NCBI GenBank assembly: GCA_029932445.1
Contig: JAOZQB010000002.1
Span: forward strand, 1 to 33,351
DNA: 33,351 nucleotides
Origin: Bacteroidales bacterium
GTDB taxonomy: Bacteria; Bacteroidota; Bacteroidia; Bacteroidales; JAADGE01
Direction: 5' to 3'
The notes under the pieces are model-generated. The model was not told the DNA's origin, made no database searches, and saw only the letters and a list, made by a program, of their open reading frames with translations. Within the stretch, counting starts at the first letter, position 1. Every line of letters begins with the position of its first letter. Below are positions 17,354-26,021 of this stretch, one piece after another. Made by a program: the position numbers and the translations under genes.

Positions 17354-18370
17354 ATCCTCTTTGAATCGTGCCTCAGCCGTTACATCTTGTCCCGAAAAAT
17401 CATTTTTTAAATATTTATAATAAGCCGTTATACCGATCATAGCAGCATTATCGGTCGTAAATTTAAAATCAGGGATATGCACAATCCAGCCGTTTTTATC
17501 GGCTTCCGCTCGTAAGCGATTTCTCAAGCCCGAATTTGCAGAAACACCGCCTGCAACAGCTATTTCTTTTATGCCGGTTCGAGAAACGGCATTCTTCAAT
17601 TTCTCAATTAAAATATCAATAATCGTAAATTGCACCGATGCACAAATATCATTCAAATTTTCTTTTACAAAACTCGGATTCTTCTTAACCTCATCTCTGA
17701 TAAAATACAAAATTGCCGTTTTTAATCCGCTGAAACTGAAATCGGTATCTCCCACTTTCGGTCGAGAAAATGTATACTTGTTCGGATTACCTTCTTCGGC
17801 ATATTTATCGATTAAAGGACCGCCCGGATAAGGCAACCCGAGAATTTTCGCTGTTTTATCAAATGCTTCACCGGCAGCATCATCAATAGTTTCTCCGATA
17901 ATTTTTTTTTCAAAAAAACTTGTAACATTAATAATTTGTGTGTGTCCGCCGGAAACAAGTAATGTCAGAAAGGGAAATTGCGGGTCGATATGAGGAATAT
18001 TTTTTTCTTTCAAAAAAAGTGCTGCAATATGTCCGTGCAAATGATTTACATCAATTAACGGAATATTATTTGCCAAAGCAAAACCTTTTGCAAAAGATAC
18101 ACCAACCAACAAAGAACCGAGTAAACCGGGTCCGCGGGTAAAGGCAATTGCATTAATATCGGAAATCTGTATACCGGCATTTTTTAATGCCGTATCAACA
18201 ACGGGAACAATATTTGCCTGATGTGCTCGCGATGCCAATTCAGGTACCACGCCGCCGTATTTTTTGTGAACGTCTTGGTTTGCCGTTACATTTGACAATA
18301 ACCAGCCGTCTTGTATGACGGCAGCAGAAGTATCATCACATGAAGATTCTATAGCTAAAATTGTAATCAA
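17351..18370 (-). CDS. tsaD: tRNA N6-adenosine threonylcarbamoyltransferase TsaD
   Basis: ILAIESSCDDTSAAV, NHLHGHIAA and AVAGGVSANSGLR motifs. I place the start at TTG 18370 (MITILAIESS...), giving 339 aa. The ORF-track start (TTG 18427) is part of the -7 promoter box. Confidence 0.9.
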   Translation of the reverse strand: MITILAIESSCDDTSAAVIQDGWLLSNVTANQDVHKKYGGVVPELASRAHQANIVPVVDTALKNAGIQISDINAIAFTRGPGLLGSLLVGVSFAKGFALANNIPLIDVNHLHGHIAALFLKEKNIPHIDPQFPFLTLLVSGGHTQIINVTSFFEKKIIGETIDDAAGEAFDKTAKILGLPYPGGPLIDKYAEEGNPNKYTFSRPKVGDTDFSFSGLKTAILYFIRDEVKKNPSFVKENLNDICASVQFTIIDILIEKLKNAVSRTGIKEIAVAGGVSANSGLRNRLRAEADKNGWIVHIPDFKFTTDNAAMIGITAYYKYLKNDFSGQDVTAEARFKED

Positions 18371-18424
18371 AATTATTTTTTTTAAGTAAAAAAACCAAAT
18401 TTGCCTGTTCCGGCATTTAGTTTG

Positions 18425-18432
18425 CAAAAATA
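18425..18432 (-). promoter_or_regulatory. candidate -7 box (TATTTTTG) for tsaD
   Basis: Exact TAnnTTTG on the minus strand, 54 nt upstream of TTG 18370. Confidence 0.4.
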
Positions 18433-18493
18433 AACAAATAAATTATCCGGAAACTTCGTTTATCTCAGATAAATATAATTATTTTGTAAACAT

Positions 18494-21400
18494 ATGCAAA
18501 AGCATGTATTCCAAACAGAAAAATTAAGACGCCTGACACTATACGGTATCATCACATTATTGGTGTTATTGGTGAGCTTAATTATTATGTTGCAAACGGC
18601 ATACATTCAAACAAAAATCACTAATTACATTACTAAAGAATTATCATCAAAACTTAAATCCGATATTCATATTGACAATGTTAACATCAGTCTGTTTAAA
18701 GGATTTAAAATAACCGGGATATTAATAAAAGATATACAAAAAGACACAATGCTGTATATCAAAAATTTGTATATCCTCCCTTCCGGAATTCCGACTAATT
18801 TCAACAATCTGTCTTTCAGGTCTGTTGAACTGAATGAGGTATATTTTGATTTACACGAAATTAAAAAAGATACTTTAAATTTGGATTATATAATTGATGC
18901 GATGATTTCCGAAAATGACACCGGAACAACAAAAGATTTTCATCTGCGTATCGGAAATTTAAAACTGCACAACTCCGATTTTAAATATCAAGAAATTGAC
19001 AGTATAATAAGTCCCGGAATGGATTTTGAAAACATGGATTTCTCTGATATTGAGGTCGATATAGATGATATTGATATTTTTAACAGCACAATTAAAACTA
19101 AAGTTAAAAAAATATCTTTAAAAGAAAAAAGCGGTTTAACAGTTGAAAATATCAGCACGGCAAACAATTTAATAACACCCGATAACATTCGAATAAAAGA
19201 TTTAAACATAGAAACGGATAAAAGTCATTTTGAATTTGACAGTTTAAATTTAAAATATCCCGAAAGATATTATTTTTCAGGCTACAAAACAGATTTGCAA
19301 ACGGATGCATCTTTTAAAACAGGTTCCTTTATTAATTATCAGGACATTTCATTATTTATACAAGACACTGTAAAACAAACCGGGAACATCTATCTTTCAG
19401 GAAATATTAACGGAAAATTTAATAATATCAAATTATCGAATTTTTATTTAAATGCCGAAAATATTCTTTCCGTAAAAACAAATTCTAACATTAAGAATTT
19501 CCCGAATTGGAAGAATTTAGAATTTGACATGGATATTTCCGAATTTAAAGTAAATCTTAAACAAATTTCCGATTTTATACTTCCCGGAAAAAAAGAACCC
19601 TTAATTATATTGCCGGCTGTATTACAAAAAATTAACATCCTGACATACCAAGGAAAAACAATCGGTAATTCTTCTGATTTTACTTCTAAAGGAATAATTT
19701 TCGGTGATTTCGGAAAAATTACTTTAGATGCTTCGGCTCAAAAAGATTCTGCAAGTTATACAAGTATCTCAGGAAAACTTTCCGGTGAAAATATTGATCT
19801 CGGAACAGCAATCGAAAATTTAAATTTCGGAAAACTGTCCTTTGAACAATTATTTAGTTTTTCTTATTTAAAAAACAAACAACTTAAAGCAAGAACAAAC
19901 GGAAATATCAGTTCATTCATTTATAAAAATCACGATTATCATAACATAGATTTATTTGCTTCTTTGGATAACAAACTGATAGACAGTATTAACATCAAAA
20001 TTAATCAACCGGAACTTATTACTGAAATATCCGGAAATGCCGATTTAACGGAAGAAATTCCGAAAATTCATTTTCTTTGTAACATTCCTTATGCCGATTT
20101 ATTTACGATGAAATTACGAACAAAACCGTCTTCATTAAAAACGGAATTTATCGGCAATTTCAAAGGTTTAAACATTGATGATTTTGAAGGAACCGTCAGC
20201 TTGGTAAAACCTTTAATTTACAATGAAAATAATCTTGAAACAAAAATTTCAAATTTAAAACTGACCGGAAAATATCTTACTAAAGATACCGTAAAAACAA
20301 AATTCATCAGTTTAAAATCCGACATTGTTGATGCAGATTTAAAAAGCAACGGAAGTATCTCAAAATCAATTAATTCACTTAACATTTTATTCCAAAATAT
20401 TTTTATCGAAAATCCGAGGACAACTGTATCCGTAAAAAAAATATCCGAAAATGACTTTTTAGACTTTAGCATAAACATTAAAAAACCGAATACATTAACT
20501 AAATTACTTTTCCCTGAAGCTCAAATTACAAAACAAAGTAAAATTTTCGGTTTTTATCAACCGGGAACCGGTAAATTTAATTTATCATTTAATTCTGAAC
20601 ATCTTAAATATAAAAACATAAGTATTACGGATTTTTACATTATTTCTTATACCCGTGAAAATAAATTGTATGCCGGTATCGGCGGTTCATCTGTCAAACC
20701 GAATAAAACCGTGTATCTCGAAAATGTAAATTTCGGCAGTGAAATAAAAAAAGACACACTAAATTTTAATTTAATTTGGAATAATTTTAAAGACAGTGCA
20801 AATTATTCAGCTGATATTTCCGGAATTCTTACCATTCATAAAAAAGAGAATAAAAAATTGTCTTACAACTGTAAATTATCGACCTCAGAAATAATGTTGA
20901 ATGATATTTTATGGAAATTTAATAATGCTGCCGTCAAAATAGATTCTTCACATATTAACATTTCCGATTTAAGAATAAAACACAATGATGAAGAGCTTTA
21001 TATTGACGGTAATATCTCAGAATATCAGGGTGATATGCTATTTGCAGTATTTAAAAACTTGAATTTAAGTAATTTTCAACCTTTGATTTCAGATCACATT
21101 TCAGTTAACGGTAAATTAAGCGGTTTCTCCACATTTGCCGATCTTTATAAAGAACCTTTAGTTTTCACAAAAGATTCAATTATTGATTTAAATATTAATA
21201 ATATGAATTTCGGAAATTTTTATTTAAAAAGTTTCTGGGACAATTCAAAAAACAACATTCATGCAAATGCCTATAATTTAAAAGGGAAACGACGATTAAT
21301 GAATGATACGATATACGGAAATTATAATCCGGAAAGTGAAACTTTGAATTTAACGGCAGATATCAGAAGTTTACTTTTAAAAACATTCAAAGATTATTAC

Positions 21401-22954
21401 AGAGACTTTGTCGAATTTAATCAATCAGCTTTTATTACAGGGAAAATTAATGTTAACGGAAAAATTAACAATCCTGATATTACGGGTAATTTTAAATTGA
21501 AACAAACAACGGCTTATATCAAATACCTCAACACATTTAACAACATCGGCGAATTGGTTTTTAGTTTTGATAAAAAGAATATCTTTATTAACAAAACAAA
21601 GATGTTACCGAGAAACGGAAAGGGAACAGCTTATATTTCCGGTAAAATACATCATAATAATTTTTCAAAATTTGCTTTAGACATTGACATTCAGGCAAAT
21701 AATTACGAACTTTTGAATATCATCCCGACTGACTCATCTTACTATTACGGACAAGCATTTGCAAGCGGAAATATAAATTTTTCCGGACCGTTGAATGATA
21801 TTTTTCTTGATGCAAATTTAAATACTGAACAAAACACAAATATTTTCATACCGATTTCATCGGATAAAACGTATAATGAAGAGAACAGCTTTCTGACATT
21901 TAAAACAGATACTTCAATACAATTTAAAAACAAAAAAGAAACGAATTTTCGGAAACCGGATGTCAGCGGTTTCAGTATGAATATGAAATTAAACGTAACA
22001 CCGGATGCAGAAATTCAAATTTTACCTGACGAAAGTTCCGGAGATATTTATACTCAAGGCAACGGCGGAATAAATTTAACTTTAGATAAAACCGGTGATT
22101 TTAATGTATTCGGAACCTACAATATTTCAAAGGGAAATTATGAATTTAATATAGAAAACATCATTCGAAAAGATTTTACGATAACGGACGGCAGTACAAT
22201 TGAATGGTTCGGAAATCCGAAAGATGCCGTTATCAACGTTAATGCCGCATATATTTTAAACAATGTTTCATTATCTGATTTAACTCAAAACCCGGAAGAA
22301 ATCAGAAGAGCACAGATAAGTTGTATAATCAATATTACCGGGAAATTATTAAATCCGGTTTTTAAATTAAATGTCATTTTTCCTGACAATCTGAATGAAT
22401 ATTCTGCTAAAATAAATAATCTTGCCGAAAATGAATTAAATCAACAATTTTTATCCTTGCTTCTTCTCGGAGTGTTTCAACCTTTACCGGGAATAAAACA
22501 AGAAAATATTGCAGCCACTCAAGTTACGGGAGATATTCTTTCAAAACAGTTAAATTCATTCTTAAAAAAAATAAAATATGTTGATCTGAATGTTGATTAC
22601 AAATCAGGAAATACCGTTTACACCGATCAATATAAAGTCGGTATTTCAAAAACGCTTCTTAACAACAGGATCGAAGTAAAAGGGAACATAGGGGTCGGCG
22701 GACAAGAAACTACGCAAACTGATGCAACAAATTATATCGGTGAATTTGAACTTGAAGGTAAACTTAATAAAAAAGGATCCATAAGAGCAAAAGTTTATAA
22801 CAAAGCAAACGATAAAATTGAAAATGACGGAGATTATACTCAAGGTCTCGGTTTTATATGGCGACGTGATTTTGATTATTTATTTAGGCGTAAAACCAAA
22901 CTAAAAACTGACACTTTGAAACAAGATCCGGAAGTTAATGACAGTATAAAATAA
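18494..22954 (+). CDS. tamB: translocation and assembly module protein TamB-like (DUF490-type giant envelope-spanning protein)
   Basis: 1486 aa. N-terminal TM anchor (LTLYGIITLLVLLVSLIIML), very long beta-rich Asn/Lys/Ile-rich body, conserved-looking C-terminal region. Divergent from tsaD, as commonly seen in Bacteroidota. Confidence 0.7.
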   Translation: MQKHVFQTEKLRRLTLYGIITLLVLLVSLIIMLQTAYIQTKITNYITKELSSKLKSDIHIDNVNISLFKGFKITGILIKDIQKDTMLYIKNLYILPSGIPTNFNNLSFRSVELNEVYFDLHEIKKDTLNLDYIIDAMISENDTGTTKDFHLRIGNLKLHNSDFKYQEIDSIISPGMDFENMDFSDIEVDIDDIDIFNSTIKTKVKKISLKEKSGLTVENISTANNLITPDNIRIKDLNIETDKSHFEFDSLNLKYPERYYFSGYKTDLQTDASFKTGSFINYQDISLFIQDTVKQTGNIYLSGNINGKFNNIKLSNFYLNAENILSVKTNSNIKNFPNWKNLEFDMDISEFKVNLKQISDFILPGKKEPLIILPAVLQKINILTYQGKTIGNSSDFTSKGIIFGDFGKITLDASAQKDSASYTSISGKLSGENIDLGTAIENLNFGKLSFEQLFSFSYLKNKQLKARTNGNISSFIYKNHDYHNIDLFASLDNKLIDSINIKINQPELITEISGNADLTEEIPKIHFLCNIPYADLFTMKLRTKPSSLKTEFIGNFKGLNIDDFEGTVSLVKPLIYNENNLETKISNLKLTGKYLTKDTVKTKFISLKSDIVDADLKSNGSISKSINSLNILFQNIFIENPRTTVSVKKISENDFLDFSINIKKPNTLTKLLFPEAQITKQSKIFGFYQPGTGKFNLSFNSEHLKYKNISITDFYIISYTRENKLYAGIGGSSVKPNKTVYLENVNFGSEIKKDTLNFNLIWNNFKDSANYSADISGILTIHKKENKKLSYNCKLSTSEIMLNDILWKFNNAAVKIDSSHINISDLRIKHNDEELYIDGNISEYQGDMLFAVFKNLNLSNFQPLISDHISVNGKLSGFSTFADLYKEPLVFTKDSIIDLNINNMNFGNFYLKSFWDNSKNNIHANAYNLKGKRRLMNDTIYGNYNPESETLNLTADIRSLLLKTFKDYYRDFVEFNQSAFITGKINVNGKINNPDITGNFKLKQTTAYIKYLNTFNNIGELVFSFDKKNIFINKTKMLPRNGKGTAYISGKIHHNNFSKFALDIDIQANNYELLNIIPTDSSYYYGQAFASGNINFSGPLNDIFLDANLNTEQNTNIFIPISSDKTYNEENSFLTFKTDTSIQFKNKKETNFRKPDVSGFSMNMKLNVTPDAEIQILPDESSGDIYTQGNGGINLTLDKTGDFNVFGTYNISKGNYEFNIENIIRKDFTITDGSTIEWFGNPKDAVINVNAAYILNNVSLSDLTQNPEEIRRAQISCIINITGKLLNPVFKLNVIFPDNLNEYSAKINNLAENELNQQFLSLLLLGVFQPLPGIKQENIAATQVTGDILSKQLNSFLKKIKYVDLNVDYKSGNTVYTDQYKVGISKTLLNNRIEVKGNIGVGGQETTQTDATNYIGEFELEGKLNKKGSIRAKVYNKANDKIENDGDYTQGLGFIWRRDFDYLFRRKTKLKTDTLKQDPEVNDSIK

Positions 22955-22978
22955 AAGTCCTGCAAAATTGCAGGACTT
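22955..22978. terminator. candidate bidirectional intrinsic terminator between tamB and the thiolase gene
   Basis: Perfect 10-bp inverted repeat AAGTCCTGCA / TGCAGGACTT with a 4-nt loop, starting 1 nt after the tamB stop. T-rich on the plus side (TCTTATTTC) and A-rich upstream (ATAAAA). Confidence 0.6.
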
Positions 22979-22998
22979 TCTTATTTCAAATTGTTAAA

Positions 22999-24174
22999 TT
23001 ATAACATTTCAATCACAACTGCAGAAGCACCGCCGCCGCCGTTACATAAGGAAGCTACACCGTATTTCCCGCCGTTTTGTTTTAACACATTTATCAATGT
23101 TACAATAATTCTGGCTCCGGAAGCACCGAGCGGATGTCCTAAAGAAACACCTCCGCCGTTAACATTCACTTTTGCCTCATCCAAATTAAGCGTTTTAATA
23201 GCTGCTAATGCCACAACCGAAAATGCTTCATTAATTTCGTAATAATCAATGTCAGAAGCTTTTAATCCGGCTTTTTTTATGGCTTTAGGAATGGCTTTCA
23301 CCGGTGCCGTCGTAAACCATTCAGGTTCATGTGCGGCATCGCCGTATCCGATTAATTTTGCAATCGGTTTTACACCGAGTTCATCAACTTTTTCTTTACT
23401 CATTAAAATCATTGCAGCTGCTCCGTCATTAATTGTTGAAGCATTTGCTGCCGTAACCGTTCCGTCTTTTTCAAATACCGGTCGTAAGGTCGGAATTCGA
23501 TCAAATTTAACATTCGTAAATTCTTCATCGGTATCAACAACAATATCACCTTTGCGTGTTTTAATTTCTACCGGTACGATTTCATCTTTAAATCTGCCGG
23601 CTTCAACAGCTGCAGCAGAACGCTTGTAGGATTGTACGGCATATCTGTCTTGTTCTTCTCTGCTGATTTTTAATTCTCGCGAACATAATTCAGCAGCACT
23701 TCCCATATGGTAATTATTATAAACATCCCACAAACCGTCATTGATTAATCCGTCAACTAACTTGCCGTTACCAAGTTTAGTTCCTTTCCGCATACCGGGA
23801 ACATAATGCGGAACATTTGACATGCTTTCCATTCCGCCGGCAACAACAACATCATTATCCCCAAGCATAATGGTTTGAGCACCAATCATTACGGCTTTCA
23901 TTGCCGATGCGCAAACTTTATTTATCGTTGTACAAGGAACCGTATTCGGAATACCGGCAAAAATAGATGCTTGTCTTGCAGGAGCTTGACCTAAATTAGC
24001 CGATAATACATTTCCCAAGAAAACTTCATTAACGGCTTCGGGTTTTATTCCGGCTTTTTCAACAGCAGCTTTTACGATAATTGCACCTAATTTTGTTGCC
24101 GATAAACCGGACAACGAACCGCCAAAACTTCCTAAAGAAGATCTTACTGCGGAAACAATATATACCTCTTTCAT
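22999..24174 (-). CDS. acetyl-CoA C-acetyltransferase (thiolase II)
   Basis: 391 aa. Catalytic Cys motif NKVCASAMKA, GHPLGASGARI, and C-terminal LCNGGGGASAVVIE. Confidence 0.9.
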   Translation of the reverse strand: MKEVYIVSAVRSSLGSFGGSLSGLSATKLGAIIVKAAVEKAGIKPEAVNEVFLGNVLSANLGQAPARQASIFAGIPNTVPCTTINKVCASAMKAVMIGAQTIMLGDNDVVVAGGMESMSNVPHYVPGMRKGTKLGNGKLVDGLINDGLWDVYNNYHMGSAAELCSRELKISREEQDRYAVQSYKRSAAAVEAGRFKDEIVPVEIKTRKGDIVVDTDEEFTNVKFDRIPTLRPVFEKDGTVTAANASTINDGAAAMILMSKEKVDELGVKPIAKLIGYGDAAHEPEWFTTAPVKAIPKAIKKAGLKASDIDYYEINEAFSVVALAAIKTLNLDEAKVNVNGGGVSLGHPLGASGARIIVTLINVLKQNGGKYGVASLCNGGGGASAVVIEML

Positions 24175-24310
24175 TTTATAATATTTTATATGTGTGAATT
24201 ATAATTTTTTATTGAAAGCGAAAATAACATTTTTTTGCTGATTTTAAAAATATTAATCAACAGATATTCGTTTCTGATTCTGTCAAAATAATTTTTTCCG
24301 GAAAATATAT

Positions 24311-24318
24311 TACTTTTG
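24311..24318 (+). promoter_or_regulatory. candidate -7 box (TACTTTTG)
   Basis: Exact TAnnTTTG, 22 nt upstream of ATG 24341. Confidence 0.45.
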
Positions 24319-24340
24319 CAAATATTCTAAAACTATACCG

Positions 24341-24868
24341 ATGAACGAATTATTTGAAATTTCTAAATATATACTGCCTCTTATTGTGTTGTTAATTGCA
24401 TTAATGATTATTTTAAATCATTTTGCAAAAAGAGAAAAAACAAAATTAAAATTTGATCTGATAAAAGCGAACAACAAACTAATAACACCTGTGAAGTTGC
24501 AAGCTTATGAAAGGATTGTCCTTTTTTTGGAAAGAATCAGACCTGATGCGTTAGCACTTAGATTGACAAAGCCCAAAATGACTTCCAAGCAAATACAAAT
24601 ACAAATGTTGTCAACCGTCCGTAATGAATTCAATCACAATCTTTCACAACAATTATATTTATCCGATGAAACATGGACTGCCGTAGTTTATGCAAAAGAA
24701 CAAATTACTCGCTTGATTAATTATGCCGGAACAAAAGTTGATCCTAAAACCGTTTCTCAAGCATTCACTGCCGTTTTAATTGAAATGTATAACGATACCG
24801 ACACAAAACCTGTTGAAACATCTGTTGAACTCGTAAAAAAAGAGGCATCATTATTTTTCGGTATTTAA
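24341..24868 (+). CDS. hypothetical N-terminally membrane-anchored protein
   Basis: 175-aa ORF with one N-terminal TM segment (ILPLIVLLIALMIIL). Has its own promoter box. No family recognised. Confidence 0.55.
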   Translation: MNELFEISKYILPLIVLLIALMIILNHFAKREKTKLKFDLIKANNKLITPVKLQAYERIVLFLERIRPDALALRLTKPKMTSKQIQIQMLSTVRNEFNHNLSQQLYLSDETWTAVVYAKEQITRLINYAGTKVDPKTVSQAFTAVLIEMYNDTDTKPVETSVELVKKEASLFFGI

Positions 24869-24870
24869 TC

Positions 24871-24920
24871 TAACCCGAATTATTCATGCGTTTTTGATTT
24901 TTCATGAATAATTAGGGCTA
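24871..24920. terminator. hairpin between convergent genes, built from the same 18-nt motif as 17131-17353 (TAACCCGAATTATTCATG ... CATGAATAATTAGGGCTA)
   Basis: 15-nt arms at 24874-24888 and 24903-24917 pair at 14 of 15 positions, with a 14-nt T-rich loop. The right arm abuts the manA stop (24918-24920). Confidence 0.5.
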
Positions 24921-25886
24921 AATAAAAACCTCCAAAAGTTCACTTTCCTTATCCGGAATAAGTTTTATTTTTTTTATTACTGCCGGCAATAATACCGTTT
25001 CACCGAATGATACCTTAATTTCATTTTTCGAATACATCAATCGAAAACTTCCTTTGGTACATATAAAAATGATAAAACTGTCAGTTTCGGAATAATTTTT
25101 AACTATTTCCGTATTAAATTTCAGCAAATTAACCGAAAAATATTGATTTGATACACATTGAACAAACGTGTTAATTTTTTCAGAGTATTTTGTTAAATAT
25201 GATTTTTTAGTTTTTAATTCGGCAACTTTGCAGGCTTCATCAATGTGCAACTTTCTGTATTTCCCGTCTAAACCTTTACGATTCCAATCATATATTCGAT
25301 AGGTCATATCAGAAGCTTGTTGAATTTCTGCAAGCAATACACCCTTTTTTATTGCATGAATCCTTCCGGCAGGAATAAAATAAACATCGCCTTTCTTAAT
25401 TTTAACGGTATTTAAATTTTCTGTTAATGTATTCCTATTAATCGAATTTCTGAATTCCTCCGTATTAAGGGTTTTATTTAATCCGAGAATTAATTCAGAA
25501 TTTCGGTCGCTGTCCATAATATACCACAGTTCATTTTTCCCGTTTTGTCCGTATAATTTTTGAGCTGTTTCATCATTCGGGTGTACTTGAACGGATAAAT
25601 CATCGGCTGCATCAATAAATTTTATCAATAAGGGAAAATTTTCTCCGTATTTTTCAAAAACACGTTTGCCGACAAGAACATCTTTATATTTTGAAATCAG
25701 ATGATTTAATGTTTGCCCCTTAAACTCCCCCTCGGAGACCACTGAAATATTTCCGGGTAAGCCGGATAACTCCCAACTTTCACCGATTTTATCAGAATCG
25801 GAAGATTTATTCAACACGGTTTTAAGTTTTTTTCCGCCCCAAACTTTTTCTTTTAAAATCGGATAAAATTTTAAAGCTTGCATCAT
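24918..25886 (-). CDS. manA: class I mannose-6-phosphate isomerase
   Basis: FYPILKEKVWGGKKL N-terminus and zinc-ligand motif LSVQVHPND. Start placed at ATG 25886 (MMQALKF...) rather than the track's TTG at 25922. Confidence 0.8.
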   Translation of the reverse strand: MMQALKFYPILKEKVWGGKKLKTVLNKSSDSDKIGESWELSGLPGNISVVSEGEFKGQTLNHLISKYKDVLVGKRVFEKYGENFPLLIKFIDAADDLSVQVHPNDETAQKLYGQNGKNELWYIMDSDRNSELILGLNKTLNTEEFRNSINRNTLTENLNTVKIKKGDVYFIPAGRIHAIKKGVLLAEIQQASDMTYRIYDWNRKGLDGKYRKLHIDEACKVAELKTKKSYLTKYSEKINTFVQCVSNQYFSVNLLKFNTEIVKNYSETDSFIIFICTKGSFRLMYSKNEIKVSFGETVLLPAVIKKIKLIPDKESELLEVFI

Positions 25887-25966
25887 TTTTTTTGTGCTAA
25901 AATAGCAATTTTCATGCTTCAATGATTAAGAATATAAAAAGTTTTATATTATTTTACATTTTTTCT

Positions 25967-25974
25967 TATCTTTG
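25967..25974 (+). promoter_or_regulatory. candidate -7 box (TATCTTTG) for the sensor gene
   Basis: Exact TAnnTTTG, 47 nt upstream of ATG 26022. Confidence 0.45.
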
Positions 25975-26021
25975 TTAGCATAACGGTTTAATAAAAAGAA
26001 TTAATTCTAAATAGTGTTTCA

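Noticed and set aside
22991-23629. Two plus-strand ORFs (83 and 126 aa) overlapping the thiolase gene.
   Set aside because: They lie entirely antisense to a strongly supported, motif-rich CDS. Their low-complexity Ala/Pro/Ser-rich translations are typical of the shadow frame of a relatively GC-rich gene. No start context or promoter box.
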